Shown piece by piece: positions 19,001-28,290 of a stretch of DNA of 64,000 nt (positions are counted from its first letter, which is position 1; every line of letters starts with the position of its first letter). Both the position numbers and the translations under genes were made by a program. Origin of the DNA: an uncultured delta proteobacterium. Its GTDB lineage: Bacteria > Desulfobacterota > Desulfuromonadia > Geobacterales > DSM-12255. The notes under the pieces were generated by a model. That model was not told where the DNA came from. It did not search any database and saw only the letters and a list, made by a program, of their open reading frames with translations. The stretch spans positions 160,001-224,000 of the forward strand of contig CAWBBV010000006.1 in the NCBI GenBank assembly GCA_963787125.1, written 5' to 3'.

Positions 19001-21722
19001 GAATGCTCTGCCGCTGAGTGGCGTCGCCATCGCCGACACCTATCCGACCAACCTGCGCAACCTCAACACAACCACCGGCGGAACCTGCACCGGCACCAAG
19101 ACCGCGTCCGCCACCGCCACCAATCCCGGCACCCTTACCCTGACCGGCGGCAGTCTCGCCGCCAATGCCAACTGTACCATCACCGTCACCGTAACGTCGT
19201 CAGTCGTCGGCGCCTACACCAACACAACCGGCGCCCTCACCTCAACCGAGACTCCGACTGCCGACAACACCGCAACTGCCCCCATGACTGTAGCGGCTAC
19301 CGGACTGGCGCTTACCAAAACTTTCAGCCAGTCTCAGGTGCAGGCAGGTCCCGCAGCAGCCGGTCTCGACATGATCTTCACCATCACGAACATATCGCTT
19401 ACCACTGCGGCGCAACAGATCGTCTTCAGCACACCTGACACCATGCCGACTGCTGGCGGCTCACAGATGACGCTTAATACCATCCCCAACGCCTGCACAA
19501 TCACTGCTGCCAGCCCGGTCGGTTCCTGCGGTTTCAACGGCGTTACTGCCCTGGGCACCGCCGTTCCGAATACGCAGGCAAATACTGCGCTGCAATTTGC
19601 TACTACCGGCACCGGCCTGAGCCTGGCCCTTAACTCGTCCTGCACCATCACCTGCCCGGTAACCATTGCAGCCGCCACCACCGGCGGCACCTACACTAAC
19701 AGTGCACCAGTGCTTGCCTCCGTCGGCGTTCCGGGTGTTACCGGTAGTTCGGCGTCGGTTGTCGCCCTGAAGCCGCCAACCATCACCAAAGCGTTCTCAC
19801 CCGACACGATCGGTACCGGCCTGACTTCAACCATCACCTTCACGCTTGGCAACACTGCTGCCAGCACCGTTGCCTACAGCAGTTCCACCTTCACCGACAC
19901 ACTCACCAACATGAGTATCTCCGGAAATCAGACAGCAGGGGGCACTTGCGGCGGCGTTGCCGGTAACAGCTTTACCAGCGGCCAGACCGGACTGCTCACC
20001 CTGACCGGGCTGACGATTCCTGCCGGCGGCAGTTGCACGGTGACGCTGCTGGTCACCAGTTCAACTGTCGGCGCCAATGCCAACACCACCAGCGGCATTA
20101 CCACCACCCAGACACCTGCGGCCGGAGCAGGCGCGACCCCGGTTAACCTGACTGTTGTCGGTACCGACCTGACCAAGGTGTTTTCACCGGCTACAGTCAG
20201 AACAGGGCAGAAATCCACGGCAACTTTCACCATTACCAACGGCGCCAGCGCGCCGGCCCAGTCCGGCTTCGCTTTTACAGAAACTTTCCAGTCCAACCTG
20301 GTTCTGGCCACCCCTGCCAACCTCTCCACCACCTGCGCAAGCGGCGCAGTCAGCGGCACTTCCGGCACCAGAATCCTTACTTTCAGCAGCGGTAGCATGA
20401 CACTCGGACAGACGAGCTGTACGGTTACAGCAGACATCGTCAGTTCGGTTGCCGGCAACTACTCGAACCCGACTGGCAACATAACCGGAAAATCAACCGG
20501 CATGACCTACAGCAGTAACCCGTCACTGGCTGTATTCAACAACCCGGTACTGACCAAAGCCTTCGCCACCAACCCGATCGGTGTCGGCCGGGTATCAACT
20601 CTTACTTTTTCAATCGCCAACCCGGCAGGAGCCCCGGCCAGCAGCGGCCTGACCTTTACTGACACCTTTCCGGGCGGGCTGGTGATCGCCGCAACACCGA
20701 ATGTGGTTAACAACTGCGGCGGTACTCCCACCATTACCGCCACTGCCGCCAGCGGCGTTTTCACCATCGGCGGCAGCGGCGTTGTCACAACGGTTGGTCC
20801 GTCAACCTGTACTATTTCGGTTGACGTCACCAGCAACAGTGTCGGAAGCTACACCAATGGTGCAGGCCAGATTACCCCTATCTCCGGAACCCTGTCGAAC
20901 GGCGTCACCAATCAGACCCTTTCCGTGGTAGGCACAAAACTGACCAAGGCGTTCGGACTCGCAAGCGTCGGTGTCGGCGGCTCCAGCACGCTCACCTTCA
21001 CCATTACCAATGATGCTACCCACCCGGCGCAGTCTAACTTGACTTTTACCGACACCCTGACTATCGGTGCAGGCCTTTCCATTACCGGTGTCACTCCCCT
21101 GTCAGGAGCCAACTGTTCTGCCACAATGCCGACATTCAACACCACCAGTAACCCTTCAGTGACCCTGACCGGGGCTACGATGGCTGCAGGAGCAACAACC
21201 TGTACCTTTACTGCTACGGTCAGAGGCAATACTTCCGGCACATACAGTAACAATAACAGTAACTTCAGTGCTACTTCTCCGGCAGTTGATACCTCCGGTG
21301 TAAATGCCACACTGACTGTTTATGATCTACCGTTGATCTCCATTTTAAAGTCAGCCAATGTTGCAACCGTTAATCCAGGACAAGTCATCGTCTATACCGT
21401 GCAGGTCGTCAATTCCGGCGCCGGAGTGGGCACAAGTGTACTTCTTACCGATGACATGAGCCCCTACGGAGCACTTAGAATCAACAGCGGGGCGCCATTT
21501 ACCTTTACAGATACCAGCACCCCTACCCTATCAGGACTTACACTCGGCACCCCTGAGTATATCCACAATTACAGCGGCACTTGGGTTACAACGCTTACTG
21601 ACGGCGGCGGCAACGCTCCGGCAGGTTATGACGGCACTGTCACCAACTGGCGGATTCCGATGACCGGCACCATCAGGGCAGGTGGCAGCTTTACTCTCAA
21701 TTACCAGGTGATTGTGAAATAG
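16002..21722 (+). CDS. Large fibrillar adhesin: L-type lectin-like domain, complete DUF11, SdrD-B-like domains, seven Ig repeats, C-terminal DUF11 (start likely 16023)
   Basis: WLRLT...GADG...GGSLGY...DEWGN...GYAASTGGSNNYHEI lectin pattern; seven TK(A/T/V)F or SKAF repeats with paired Cys. Confidence 0.9.
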   Translation: MICGETAMLNISKSLLTIPSPAKFYCRRFLLLFYQLLLAYLILPLFSICVAHAAVINEPMTNATAPSWVIGGSAFLTASSGLDPNGNGWLRLTDLNTNQAGFAYLDSGFSISSGAVISFDYTSWGGAGDGGFGCGNTGADGYSVFLFDGSQSFSVGATGGSLGYAQKTVAPVNTGLAYGYIGIGVDEWGNFANQTEGRIGGVGGICNGVAVRGPYNHPSGKYNYLGGNASGAVLAYPGLAFRPQQDGGQYRKVLIYLTPQAAPNYLKVDVYLQSGYSSFPVQVVNGLMVAQPIPATVKIGYAASTGGSNNYHEIRNLIIDPLPTSDIDLTMAKTVSSSTVTQGGAISYGLIVRNTGPLNVTATNVPITDTIPAAITGVTWTCAGSGGATCGAASGSGNSINTTTTLPLNGYATYTISGTVSAATPLGTVINNTATLTPPAGITDLNAGNNSDTATTTVTSGTVALSGNIFIDNGAGGGTAYDGIKNGTEANVTATTIGNTYYVKVYRSSDLTTQVGIATVAGGASTYSINVPAYGTYTVILSSDNTTNFTPSLPNVQYIYTLPLNFTLTNVVTSGAALPNQNFGVFRGSRISGKVIRDTGLNGSIANANDGILNAAETGISGVTVTLRNNTGGTTYDTEITDANGNFTLYTNLATTPLRIYEANPVGYTSVNANIGTTGGTYTIGTDFIDFPGYTRYTDYSGIIFSDVPNNTFLPTPQSAGGSSQAPVYFPHTFTPGSGGSVTFATTGRTQTTWPAIVYYRDTNCSGTYNPGEPVISGAITASANTPICILVMDTVPGGTTPPATDTITTTATFTFTNSVGPVTSTHAVIDTLNVYTPPTLTKTFGASSILAGGNTTLTLTLTNPAANPAAITTVSMDDTFPAGLTLQNNTITFTPAFCGTVTRISGAASAAGDNNVRFTAGSIASAATCRAVMNVTSSTAGSITNTTTAPTAAGPATTTGTAASAVLIIYAKPTVSKAFGSSTISSGDSTTMTLTLTNPNALPLSGVAIADTYPTNLRNLNTTTGGTCTGTKTASATATNPGTLTLTGGSLAANANCTITVTVTSSVVGAYTNTTGALTSTETPTADNTATAPMTVAATGLALTKTFSQSQVQAGPAAAGLDMIFTITNISLTTAAQQIVFSTPDTMPTAGGSQMTLNTIPNACTITAASPVGSCGFNGVTALGTAVPNTQANTALQFATTGTGLSLALNSSCTITCPVTIAAATTGGTYTNSAPVLASVGVPGVTGSSASVVALKPPTITKAFSPDTIGTGLTSTITFTLGNTAASTVAYSSSTFTDTLTNMSISGNQTAGGTCGGVAGNSFTSGQTGLLTLTGLTIPAGGSCTVTLLVTSSTVGANANTTSGITTTQTPAAGAGATPVNLTVVGTDLTKVFSPATVRTGQKSTATFTITNGASAPAQSGFAFTETFQSNLVLATPANLSTTCASGAVSGTSGTRILTFSSGSMTLGQTSCTVTADIVSSVAGNYSNPTGNITGKSTGMTYSSNPSLAVFNNPVLTKAFATNPIGVGRVSTLTFSIANPAGAPASSGLTFTDTFPGGLVIAATPNVVNNCGGTPTITATAASGVFTIGGSGVVTTVGPSTCTISVDVTSNSVGSYTNGAGQITPISGTLSNGVTNQTLSVVGTKLTKAFGLASVGVGGSSTLTFTITNDATHPAQSNLTFTDTLTIGAGLSITGVTPLSGANCSATMPTFNTTSNPSVTLTGATMAAGATTCTFTATVRGNTSGTYSNNNSNFSATSPAVDTSGVNATLTVYDLPLISILKSANVATVNPGQVIVYTVQVVNSGAGVGTSVLLTDDMSPYGALRINSGAPFTFTDTSTPTLSGLTLGTPEYIHNYSGTWVTTLTDGGGNAPAGYDGTVTNWRIPMTGTIRAGGSFTLNYQVIVK

Positions 21723-21902
21723 CCAAGGCATTAACCGTCCTTCGGCTGACTGCAGCCTTGCAGCGGAGCTTTTGTCTCTTTTTTGACTTTTAGCGCTCTC
21801 CCGGTTAAGCCTGCTTGACGACAAGAAATTTTAATGTAATATGGATTAGCAAAATCTGCATTTTAATGACTTTAATCACTTGGCAATCATGAGGGCGCCG
21901 CT

Positions 21903-24017
21903 ATGAAAGTTGCAATGACCCTGTTATCTGGAATTTTAACTGCAGCGACCACCAAGTCCCTTATTTTCGGCTTAACAATCTCTGCGGCACTCTCACTCCC
22001 CATTGTGGCGCTCTCTGCTGATAAAGAGCTACCGTTGATACTCGCCCAGGCTGACCTGACAACCTTCGGGATTGAAGAGCTGATGGAAATTACCGTCACC
22101 TCGGTATCAAAGAAATCTCAAAAAATTGCCGATGCTGCGGCAGCGATTTACGTTATTACCCAGGACGACATTCGCCGCTCCGGCGTCACCAACATCGCTG
22201 ATGCCCTTAAAATGGCTCCAGGGGTGCAAGTGGCGCGGATAGACAGCAATAAGTGGGCGGTGACTTCACGTGGGTTTAATGGGCGGTTTGCCAATAAACT
22301 CCTGGTCCTGATGGACGGCAGAAGTCTATACAACACTTTTTTTCTGGGAGTCTACTGGGAAGTTCAGGACACTGTCCTGGAAGATATCGACCGGATTGAG
22401 GTCATTCGCGGCCCCGGAGCAGCTCTTTGGGGAGCTAATGCAGTCAACGGAGTTATCAACATCATCACTAAATCAGCTGAAAAGACAACCGGGACTCTCA
22501 TCAGTGCCGGTGGCGGGAACTATGAAAAAGCCTTTGCCACTGCCAGGCAGGGAATAGCGATTAATGACGACACTCATCTAAGAATTTATGGCAAGCATCA
22601 GGAGCGGGGTGGGTTTGTTGATGCCGCCGGTCAGGATTCCTATGATGACTGGCACACCACTCAAGGCGGATTCCGGCTCGACTCACAACTGACAAGTCAA
22701 AACACACTGACCGTTCAGGGTGATTATTACGACGGGAAAATCAAGGAAACCTATCTTTTCTACAATCTGCCGTCCCCCGCAAATCCGGAATATTCGCGTT
22801 ACGTGCAAAGCAGATCAGGGGTCAGCGGCGGCAATCTGCTCAGTCGTTTCCAGCGAACCCTTTCCGCTACAGATAGTTTTTCGCTGCAGTCATACTATGA
22901 ACATAGCAACTACGGCATGATCGTTGCGCCGGAAGAATTCAACACTTTTGATCTGGAATTTCAACACCGTTTTTCGTTTACGAACTATCAGGACATTATC
23001 TGGGGAGCCGGCTATCGCTTCAGCCAGTATGATGTGAAAAATTCTGCAACGCTCTCTTTTGCGGAGCAGCGGGTCAACAACAATCTTTACAGCTCCTTTA
23101 TTCATGATGAAATCACGCTCATCCCCAACTCCCTATCCCTGATCATCGGCTCGCGCTTTGAACAGAACGATCACTCGGGTTTTGATGTACAACCCAACGG
23201 TCGCCTGCTCTGGGCGATAACACCTCGCGATTCTCTCTGGGCCGCAGCTTCACGAGCAGTCCGCGCCGCTACCAAAAGCGAGCATACTATCCAGTACAAC
23301 TATCGCACCATTCCGCCGAATACAGGTCTCAATACAACGCCAATTCCCCTCAGGCTGGAAATTGTCGGCAACCCGAACTTTAAATCCGAGGAGGTTATCG
23401 CTTATGAACTCGGTTATCGGACAGAAGTTAAGCCGCACCTCTCTTTTGACGTTGCCACATATTACAATTCATACAAGAAACTGCGGGTAATCAGCCCGGG
23501 AACGCCGTATACCGAACCGATTGGAGGTCCGCCGGCAAATGCTGTTATCCCTTTTGTCTTGAGCAATGATATGCATGGCCATGCAGTCGGAGTCGAGCTT
23601 TCAACCGACTGGCGCCCCTTCGACTGGTGGCGGCTTCAGGGGACCTACAGTTACCAGAACCTCACCATGCACCTGGACGGCAGCAGCAGAGACACAATCA
23701 ATAAAGGCAACGCCGAAGGCGATGTTCCGCAAAACCAGTTCAGTCTCCGCTCGGGTTTTGACATCGGTAAGCAGATAACTCTCGATCTCTGGCTGCGCGG
23801 CGTCGATCATCTGGCCTCTATCGATGGTAATCAGATTCCTGGTTACATAACAATGGATACCCGCCTTGCCTGGAAACCGTACAAAGATCTTGAACTGGCG
23901 CTGGTCGGCCAGAATATCTTTAATCATCATCACCCGGAATTCATTCCTGAATATGTCAATACTGTTCCAACCGAAACGGTAAGAAGCTTTTACGGCAAGC
24001 TGACCTGGCAATACTGA
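21903..24017 (+). CDS. TonB-dependent receptor
   Basis: EELMEITVTSVSKK, plug motif IDRIEVIRGPGAALWGANAVNGVINIIT, C-terminal RSFYGKLTWQY. Confidence 0.95.
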   Translation: MKVAMTLLSGILTAATTKSLIFGLTISAALSLPIVALSADKELPLILAQADLTTFGIEELMEITVTSVSKKSQKIADAAAAIYVITQDDIRRSGVTNIADALKMAPGVQVARIDSNKWAVTSRGFNGRFANKLLVLMDGRSLYNTFFLGVYWEVQDTVLEDIDRIEVIRGPGAALWGANAVNGVINIITKSAEKTTGTLISAGGGNYEKAFATARQGIAINDDTHLRIYGKHQERGGFVDAAGQDSYDDWHTTQGGFRLDSQLTSQNTLTVQGDYYDGKIKETYLFYNLPSPANPEYSRYVQSRSGVSGGNLLSRFQRTLSATDSFSLQSYYEHSNYGMIVAPEEFNTFDLEFQHRFSFTNYQDIIWGAGYRFSQYDVKNSATLSFAEQRVNNNLYSSFIHDEITLIPNSLSLIIGSRFEQNDHSGFDVQPNGRLLWAITPRDSLWAAASRAVRAATKSEHTIQYNYRTIPPNTGLNTTPIPLRLEIVGNPNFKSEEVIAYELGYRTEVKPHLSFDVATYYNSYKKLRVISPGTPYTEPIGGPPANAVIPFVLSNDMHGHAVGVELSTDWRPFDWWRLQGTYSYQNLTMHLDGSSRDTINKGNAEGDVPQNQFSLRSGFDIGKQITLDLWLRGVDHLASIDGNQIPGYITMDTRLAWKPYKDLELALVGQNIFNHHHPEFIPEYVNTVPTETVRSFYGKLTWQY

Positions 24018-24024
24018 TGCGCTG

Positions 24025-24609
24025 TTGTTATCCGATGGGTATCCAATCATGATCAAGTTTATTGCGCAAACGCTCCTGTTGATAACTGTGCTGACGCTCT
24101 GCTCACCGCAGACCGGCGCTGCCGGGTCAAGCAGGCTGAGCGAACATGAGGTAAAAGCCGCCTATCTTTATAATTTTGCCAAATATGTCGAATGGCCTGC
24201 AAACACCCTTCTGCTTGAAAACAGCCCCCTGACTTTTTGTATTATTGGTCAAAGTCCCTTAAATTCGGTCATGGAGTCCTTTGGAACAAATACGATCAAG
24301 AATCGCCAACTGGCAATGCAACAACTCGGCTATAATGAAGATCTGAGCAAATGTAATATCCTTTTCATCAGTAGTGATTACAAAACATCTCTCCATAAAA
24401 TATTGGCGGCAACCGTTCACCGCTCAATTCTGACCGTCAGCGATATTAAAGGCTTTGCAGCGGCAGGAGGGATCATCGAATTTGTCCCTGTCAACGACAA
24501 GATCCGCTTCGCAATCAATAACAGAGCCGCCAGACAAGCAAATCTCAGAATAAGCTCCCATTTATTAAAATTGGCAACAACCGTAACTGACTCTACGGGG
24601 AAAGAATAA
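24025..24609 (+). CDS. YfiR-family (DUF4154) periplasmic protein
   Basis: EVKAAYLYNFAKYVEWP...GGIIEF...IRFAIN...ISSHLLKLA. Confidence 0.9.
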   Translation: MLSDGYPIMIKFIAQTLLLITVLTLCSPQTGAAGSSRLSEHEVKAAYLYNFAKYVEWPANTLLLENSPLTFCIIGQSPLNSVMESFGTNTIKNRQLAMQQLGYNEDLSKCNILFISSDYKTSLHKILAATVHRSILTVSDIKGFAAAGGIIEFVPVNDKIRFAINNRAARQANLRISSHLLKLATTVTDSTGKE

Positions 24610-26705
24610 TGTTCGCATCTATCCGCAACAATTCAATCCGCCGTAAACTCATGACCATCATGCTCATCACCGCCGGTACAGTGCTGCTGATGGTTTCTTT
24701 GGTATTTTTTATCAATTCGGCACTGTCGTTCCGCTCGATGATGCTGAAAGACCAACAGATTCTGGCAACTATCGTTGGCAGTAACACAGCCGCAGCAGTT
24801 ACTTTTGACGATCAGAAAGCGGCCGGCGAAACGCTTGAAAAGCTTTCCGTAAATAAGCATCTGCTCGCAGCTGCGGTTATTAACTCTTCAAACAGACTTT
24901 TCGCCTTGTACCTTCGCAGCGGGGTTGATGCCGACGCCTATGGGCTTAAAATCATCACAGATGGTGCAACCAACCCGATCGCAGCTGCAGACCTGGTAGC
25001 GCTGGAATCGAAACAAGTCCCACTATGGTCTCGAAATGCCAACATCAAAACAGTCGTCCCGTTCCTGAGCGACAATCAACAACTCAGCACCATTGTCATT
25101 GTCTCCGATACCGGTGAGCTCAATTCTCGACTGTTACGAACGCTGCTTTTGCTGGGGGCGGTTTTTGTCTGCGCCCTCCTCCTCGCCTACTTAATTTCGT
25201 CCAGGCTGCAGGGAATTATCACCGAACCGGTGCTCCTGCTTGCCGCAACCATGAAAAGGGTATCGCGGCAAAAAGATTACACCATTCGAGCTGATTTTAC
25301 AGTTGAGGATGAAATTGGCGATCTGGTCAACGGATTTAACGAGATGCTGGGGCAGATAGAGTTGCGCGATGAGCAGTTAAAGCAGTATCACCTTGAATTG
25401 GAAGCGGAGGTGAGTTTACGTACCGGTGAGCTCTCCAGCGCCAAACTGCAGCTGGAAAGCAGTATTGTTAATCTGCAGCAGGCAACAAAGGCAGCCGAAG
25501 CAGCCAACCTTGCCAAGTCACAGTTTCTGGCTAACATGAGTCATGAAATTCGTACGCCGATGCATGGCGTGCTCGGCATGACAGAGCTGCTGCTGGAGAG
25601 CAATCTTTCGCTTGAGCAGAAGCACTTTGCTGAAACAGTACATAATTCGGCCCATACAATGCTCGCTATCATCAACGACATTCTCGATTTTTCAAAGATA
25701 GAAGCAGGTAAACTTGAGCTGCAGACAGCGCCATTTTCAATTTCAGCTACTGTGATGAATGTTGTGGTTCTTTTCAGCGCAATTTCGCAGAAAAAAGGTC
25801 TCAAACTCAGTTGCAATATGGATCCGCAACTGCCGGAACTGCTGCTTGGCGATGTCGGTCGCATTCGACAGATACTGACCAATCTCGTCAACAATGCCTT
25901 GAAATTTACCGAACAGGGCGAGATTCTGGTCTCTGCCATCCTGAAAAAGCAGGACGAAGCCAGCATCGAACTATACGTGGAGGTGACGGATTCGGGAATC
26001 GGTATCCCTGTCGACGCTCAGGATCTTATTTTTGAGCGTTTCTCACAAGCCGATGGAGAGATGAATCGCAAATTTGGCGGAACCGGACTTGGATTGACAA
26101 TCGTCCGCCAACTTGTGGAGTTGATGGGTGGCACTATCGGCTTAACCAGTCAACCTGGGCAGGGGTCCTGTTTCTGGCTCACAGTCCGGCTGCAAAAAAC
26201 CCATCCTGAACAGACTGGCAGCCTGCAAGCCAGTGCCGGTCTGCAGGTTTCAGAGCCTGCAAACCTCCAGCAGGACCTGATAAAACCATTACCGCCACAA
26301 AAACAGGTGCCCTCCGAAAAAGCCCTGAATATTCTGGTCGCTGATGACAATCCGGTCAATCAGGATCTTATGAAAATCACCCTGAACATGTTGAACCACG
26401 AGGTTGACATTGTTGCCAATGGAGAAGAGGCGCTGGCTGCCTGGTCGCAAAAAAGCTACGATATAATCCTCATGGATGGTCAAATGCCGATAATGGATGG
26501 CTTTGAAGCTACCCGTCTGATCCGGACACAAGAAAAAACCGGGTCACTTTCCCGGACGACAATAATTGCCATGACCGGCCAGGCTTTGGAAGGAGACCGC
26601 GATCTGTTTATCGCTGCCGGTATGGATGATTACCTTCCCAAACCGTTCAACACAAAACAGTTACGCAATCTCCTCAATCTCTGGTTGCCGACTGACAGCC
26701 GCTGA
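24609..26705 (+). CDS. Hybrid sensor histidine kinase (YfiN-like periplasmic sensor, HAMP, HisKA, HATPase, REC)
   Basis: AAVTFDD, DEIGDLVNGFNEML, FLANMSHEIRTPM, GGTGLGL, REC motif ILMDGQMP. Confidence 0.95.
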   Translation: MFASIRNNSIRRKLMTIMLITAGTVLLMVSLVFFINSALSFRSMMLKDQQILATIVGSNTAAAVTFDDQKAAGETLEKLSVNKHLLAAAVINSSNRLFALYLRSGVDADAYGLKIITDGATNPIAAADLVALESKQVPLWSRNANIKTVVPFLSDNQQLSTIVIVSDTGELNSRLLRTLLLLGAVFVCALLLAYLISSRLQGIITEPVLLLAATMKRVSRQKDYTIRADFTVEDEIGDLVNGFNEMLGQIELRDEQLKQYHLELEAEVSLRTGELSSAKLQLESSIVNLQQATKAAEAANLAKSQFLANMSHEIRTPMHGVLGMTELLLESNLSLEQKHFAETVHNSAHTMLAIINDILDFSKIEAGKLELQTAPFSISATVMNVVVLFSAISQKKGLKLSCNMDPQLPELLLGDVGRIRQILTNLVNNALKFTEQGEILVSAILKKQDEASIELYVEVTDSGIGIPVDAQDLIFERFSQADGEMNRKFGGTGLGLTIVRQLVELMGGTIGLTSQPGQGSCFWLTVRLQKTHPEQTGSLQASAGLQVSEPANLQQDLIKPLPPQKQVPSEKALNILVADDNPVNQDLMKITLNMLNHEVDIVANGEEALAAWSQKSYDIILMDGQMPIMDGFEATRLIRTQEKTGSLSRTTIIAMTGQALEGDRDLFIAAGMDDYLPKPFNTKQLRNLLNLWLPTDSR

Positions 26706-26728
26706 CAATCTTCGCAGTTGCCACTCTC

Positions 26729-27193
26729 TCAGCTGACTCTTTTTCCTCGCACCATTTTCGTCAGAATTCTATCCAGAGAAGAGGCAAACTTCTGCCGGTC
26801 TGTCATGTTGAATTGAGCTGGGCCGCCCTGAACCAGCCCTCCGGAGCGAAGTTCCATCATCAGATCACGGATGGAGAGCCGCTCACCGACATTTTCCTCA
26901 GTATAAAGCTCCCCGCGCGGATCCAGCGCAACCCCGCCGTTAGCAACAATTCTTGCGGCTAACGGGATATCAGCCGTTATCACCAGATCTTCCGCTGCCG
27001 CATGTTCGGCAATATAATCATCCGCAATATCAAAACCATCGGCAACGACAATCGCTTCAATCAGCTTATTGTTATGCTTGGCAAGGCTACTGTTTGCCAC
27101 CAGCAAGACCGGAATATGCAGCCGCTCTGATGCCCGGAAGATGATCTCTTTTATGACTCGTGGTGCGGCATCGGCATCAATCCATATTTTCAT
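26729..27193 (-). CDS. YaiI/YqxD (DUF188) family protein
   Basis: MKIWIDADA...ADDYI...VITADIPLA...PRGELYT. Confidence 0.9.
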   Translation of the reverse strand: MKIWIDADAAPRVIKEIIFRASERLHIPVLLVANSSLAKHNNKLIEAIVVADGFDIADDYIAEHAAAEDLVITADIPLAARIVANGGVALDPRGELYTEENVGERLSIRDLMMELRSGGLVQGGPAQFNMTDRQKFASSLDRILTKMVRGKRVS

Positions 27194-27633
27194 TACGGCA
27201 ACACCACCAACAGCGCGCCACCAGCCAGCACCGTCAGATTGCAGACCGCAGAAACAGCATGAAGTTTGGCAAACTGCTGCCGGAGCGGATGATCCTTTGG
27301 AGTTGCCTCGAAGGAACCGATCTGCAGTTTCAGCTCTGCTGCACGGGGCTCAACGTAAAATGCCTGAAAAGATGTCACTACAAGCATGCTTAACAGGACA
27401 ATTAAAGGCAGCCTCAGTGTCAGTCCACGACCGCAAAGACGACAGACAAGCGCAATTACCCCGCAAGCCAGCCCCCAGCGAAAATAGCCGGGAAAAAGGT
27501 TACCGACTATGCGGGCCGCAGTGTCACGGCTCTCGGTTTTGAAGAGTATCGGCGTTAGCATCAGGGTGAAAATGGCGTTACCGCCCGCCCAGAGGCTGAC
27601 AGCCAATCGATAAAGCATGTCTATGTACTGCAT
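27193..27633 (-). CDS. DUF4149-family membrane protein
   Basis: Four hydrophobic segments; PILF...LFPGYF...FAKLHAVS. Confidence 0.8.
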   Translation of the reverse strand: MQYIDMLYRLAVSLWAGGNAIFTLMLTPILFKTESRDTAARIVGNLFPGYFRWGLACGVIALVCRLCGRGLTLRLPLIVLLSMLVVTSFQAFYVEPRAAELKLQIGSFEATPKDHPLRQQFAKLHAVSAVCNLTVLAGGALLVVLP

Positions 27634-27642
27634 ACACTCCTC

Positions 27643-28290
27643 CTATTTTTCCAGTGCACCACTTTTCTTGAGCAATTCGGCCAAAGCTTCGGCCAAGAGC
27701 CGGTAACCGGCGGCGTTTGGATGGATATGATCCGACTTCAGCACACTCTTCCCCAAAATATGCGGCAGGACTTTAAGTTCGATCGGAATATTAAATTCTT
27801 TGGCCACTTCCGCGTACAGATTCGGCGGTTTCAGCGTTAGGTCCGGCGCCGGCACCGCCACCAGTAACACTGCAACACCCCGCTCTCCGGCAGCGCGAAT
27901 CATGGCCCGCAGATTGTCGGCAAGCAGCTGCTGACTCTGGCGGGCAAGAAGATCATTGCCGCCGTGGCAGAGGATCAGCAGGGCAGGATGCTCCCTGTCA
28001 AGCAGTTCAGGCAGACGCTGCAGACCACCGGCCGAAACCTCCCCCGGCACCCCGGCATTGACAACTTTTCTGCCGGCAAGCTGGGCCAGCTGCATGGGAT
28101 AACTCTCGTTAGCGCCTGCGCCGTTACCGGCTGTGATGCTGTCGCCAAAGGCCAGGATCGTGGCATCAGCGGCAAGTAGCGGCAGCTGAGCCGGTTTGCT
28201 GCAAGCTGACAAAAGCAGCAGGGTTGCAACTAAGGCCAGGGGAATCAATCTGCCCGGTTTAGCAATAAGTTTTCTAGCAGACAGCAACAA
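27643..28290 (-). CDS. SGNH/GDSL arylesterase (lipoprotein)
   Basis: FGDSITAG, NAGVPG, GGND, DHIHPN; LSAC lipobox. Confidence 0.9.
   Translation of the reverse strand: MLLSARKLIAKPGRLIPLALVATLLLLSACSKPAQLPLLAADATILAFGDSITAGNGAGANESYPMQLAQLAGRKVVNAGVPGEVSAGGLQRLPELLDREHPALLILCHGGNDLLARQSQQLLADNLRAMIRAAGERGVAVLLVAVPAPDLTLKPPNLYAEVAKEFNIPIELKVLPHILGKSVLKSDHIHPNAAGYRLLAEALAELLKKSGALEK

Noticed and set aside
2289..21310. Many antisense Val/Ala/Pro-rich ORFs across the DUF11 genes
   Set aside because: Shadow frames caused by Thr/Gly/Ala/Asn codon bias on the coding strand.
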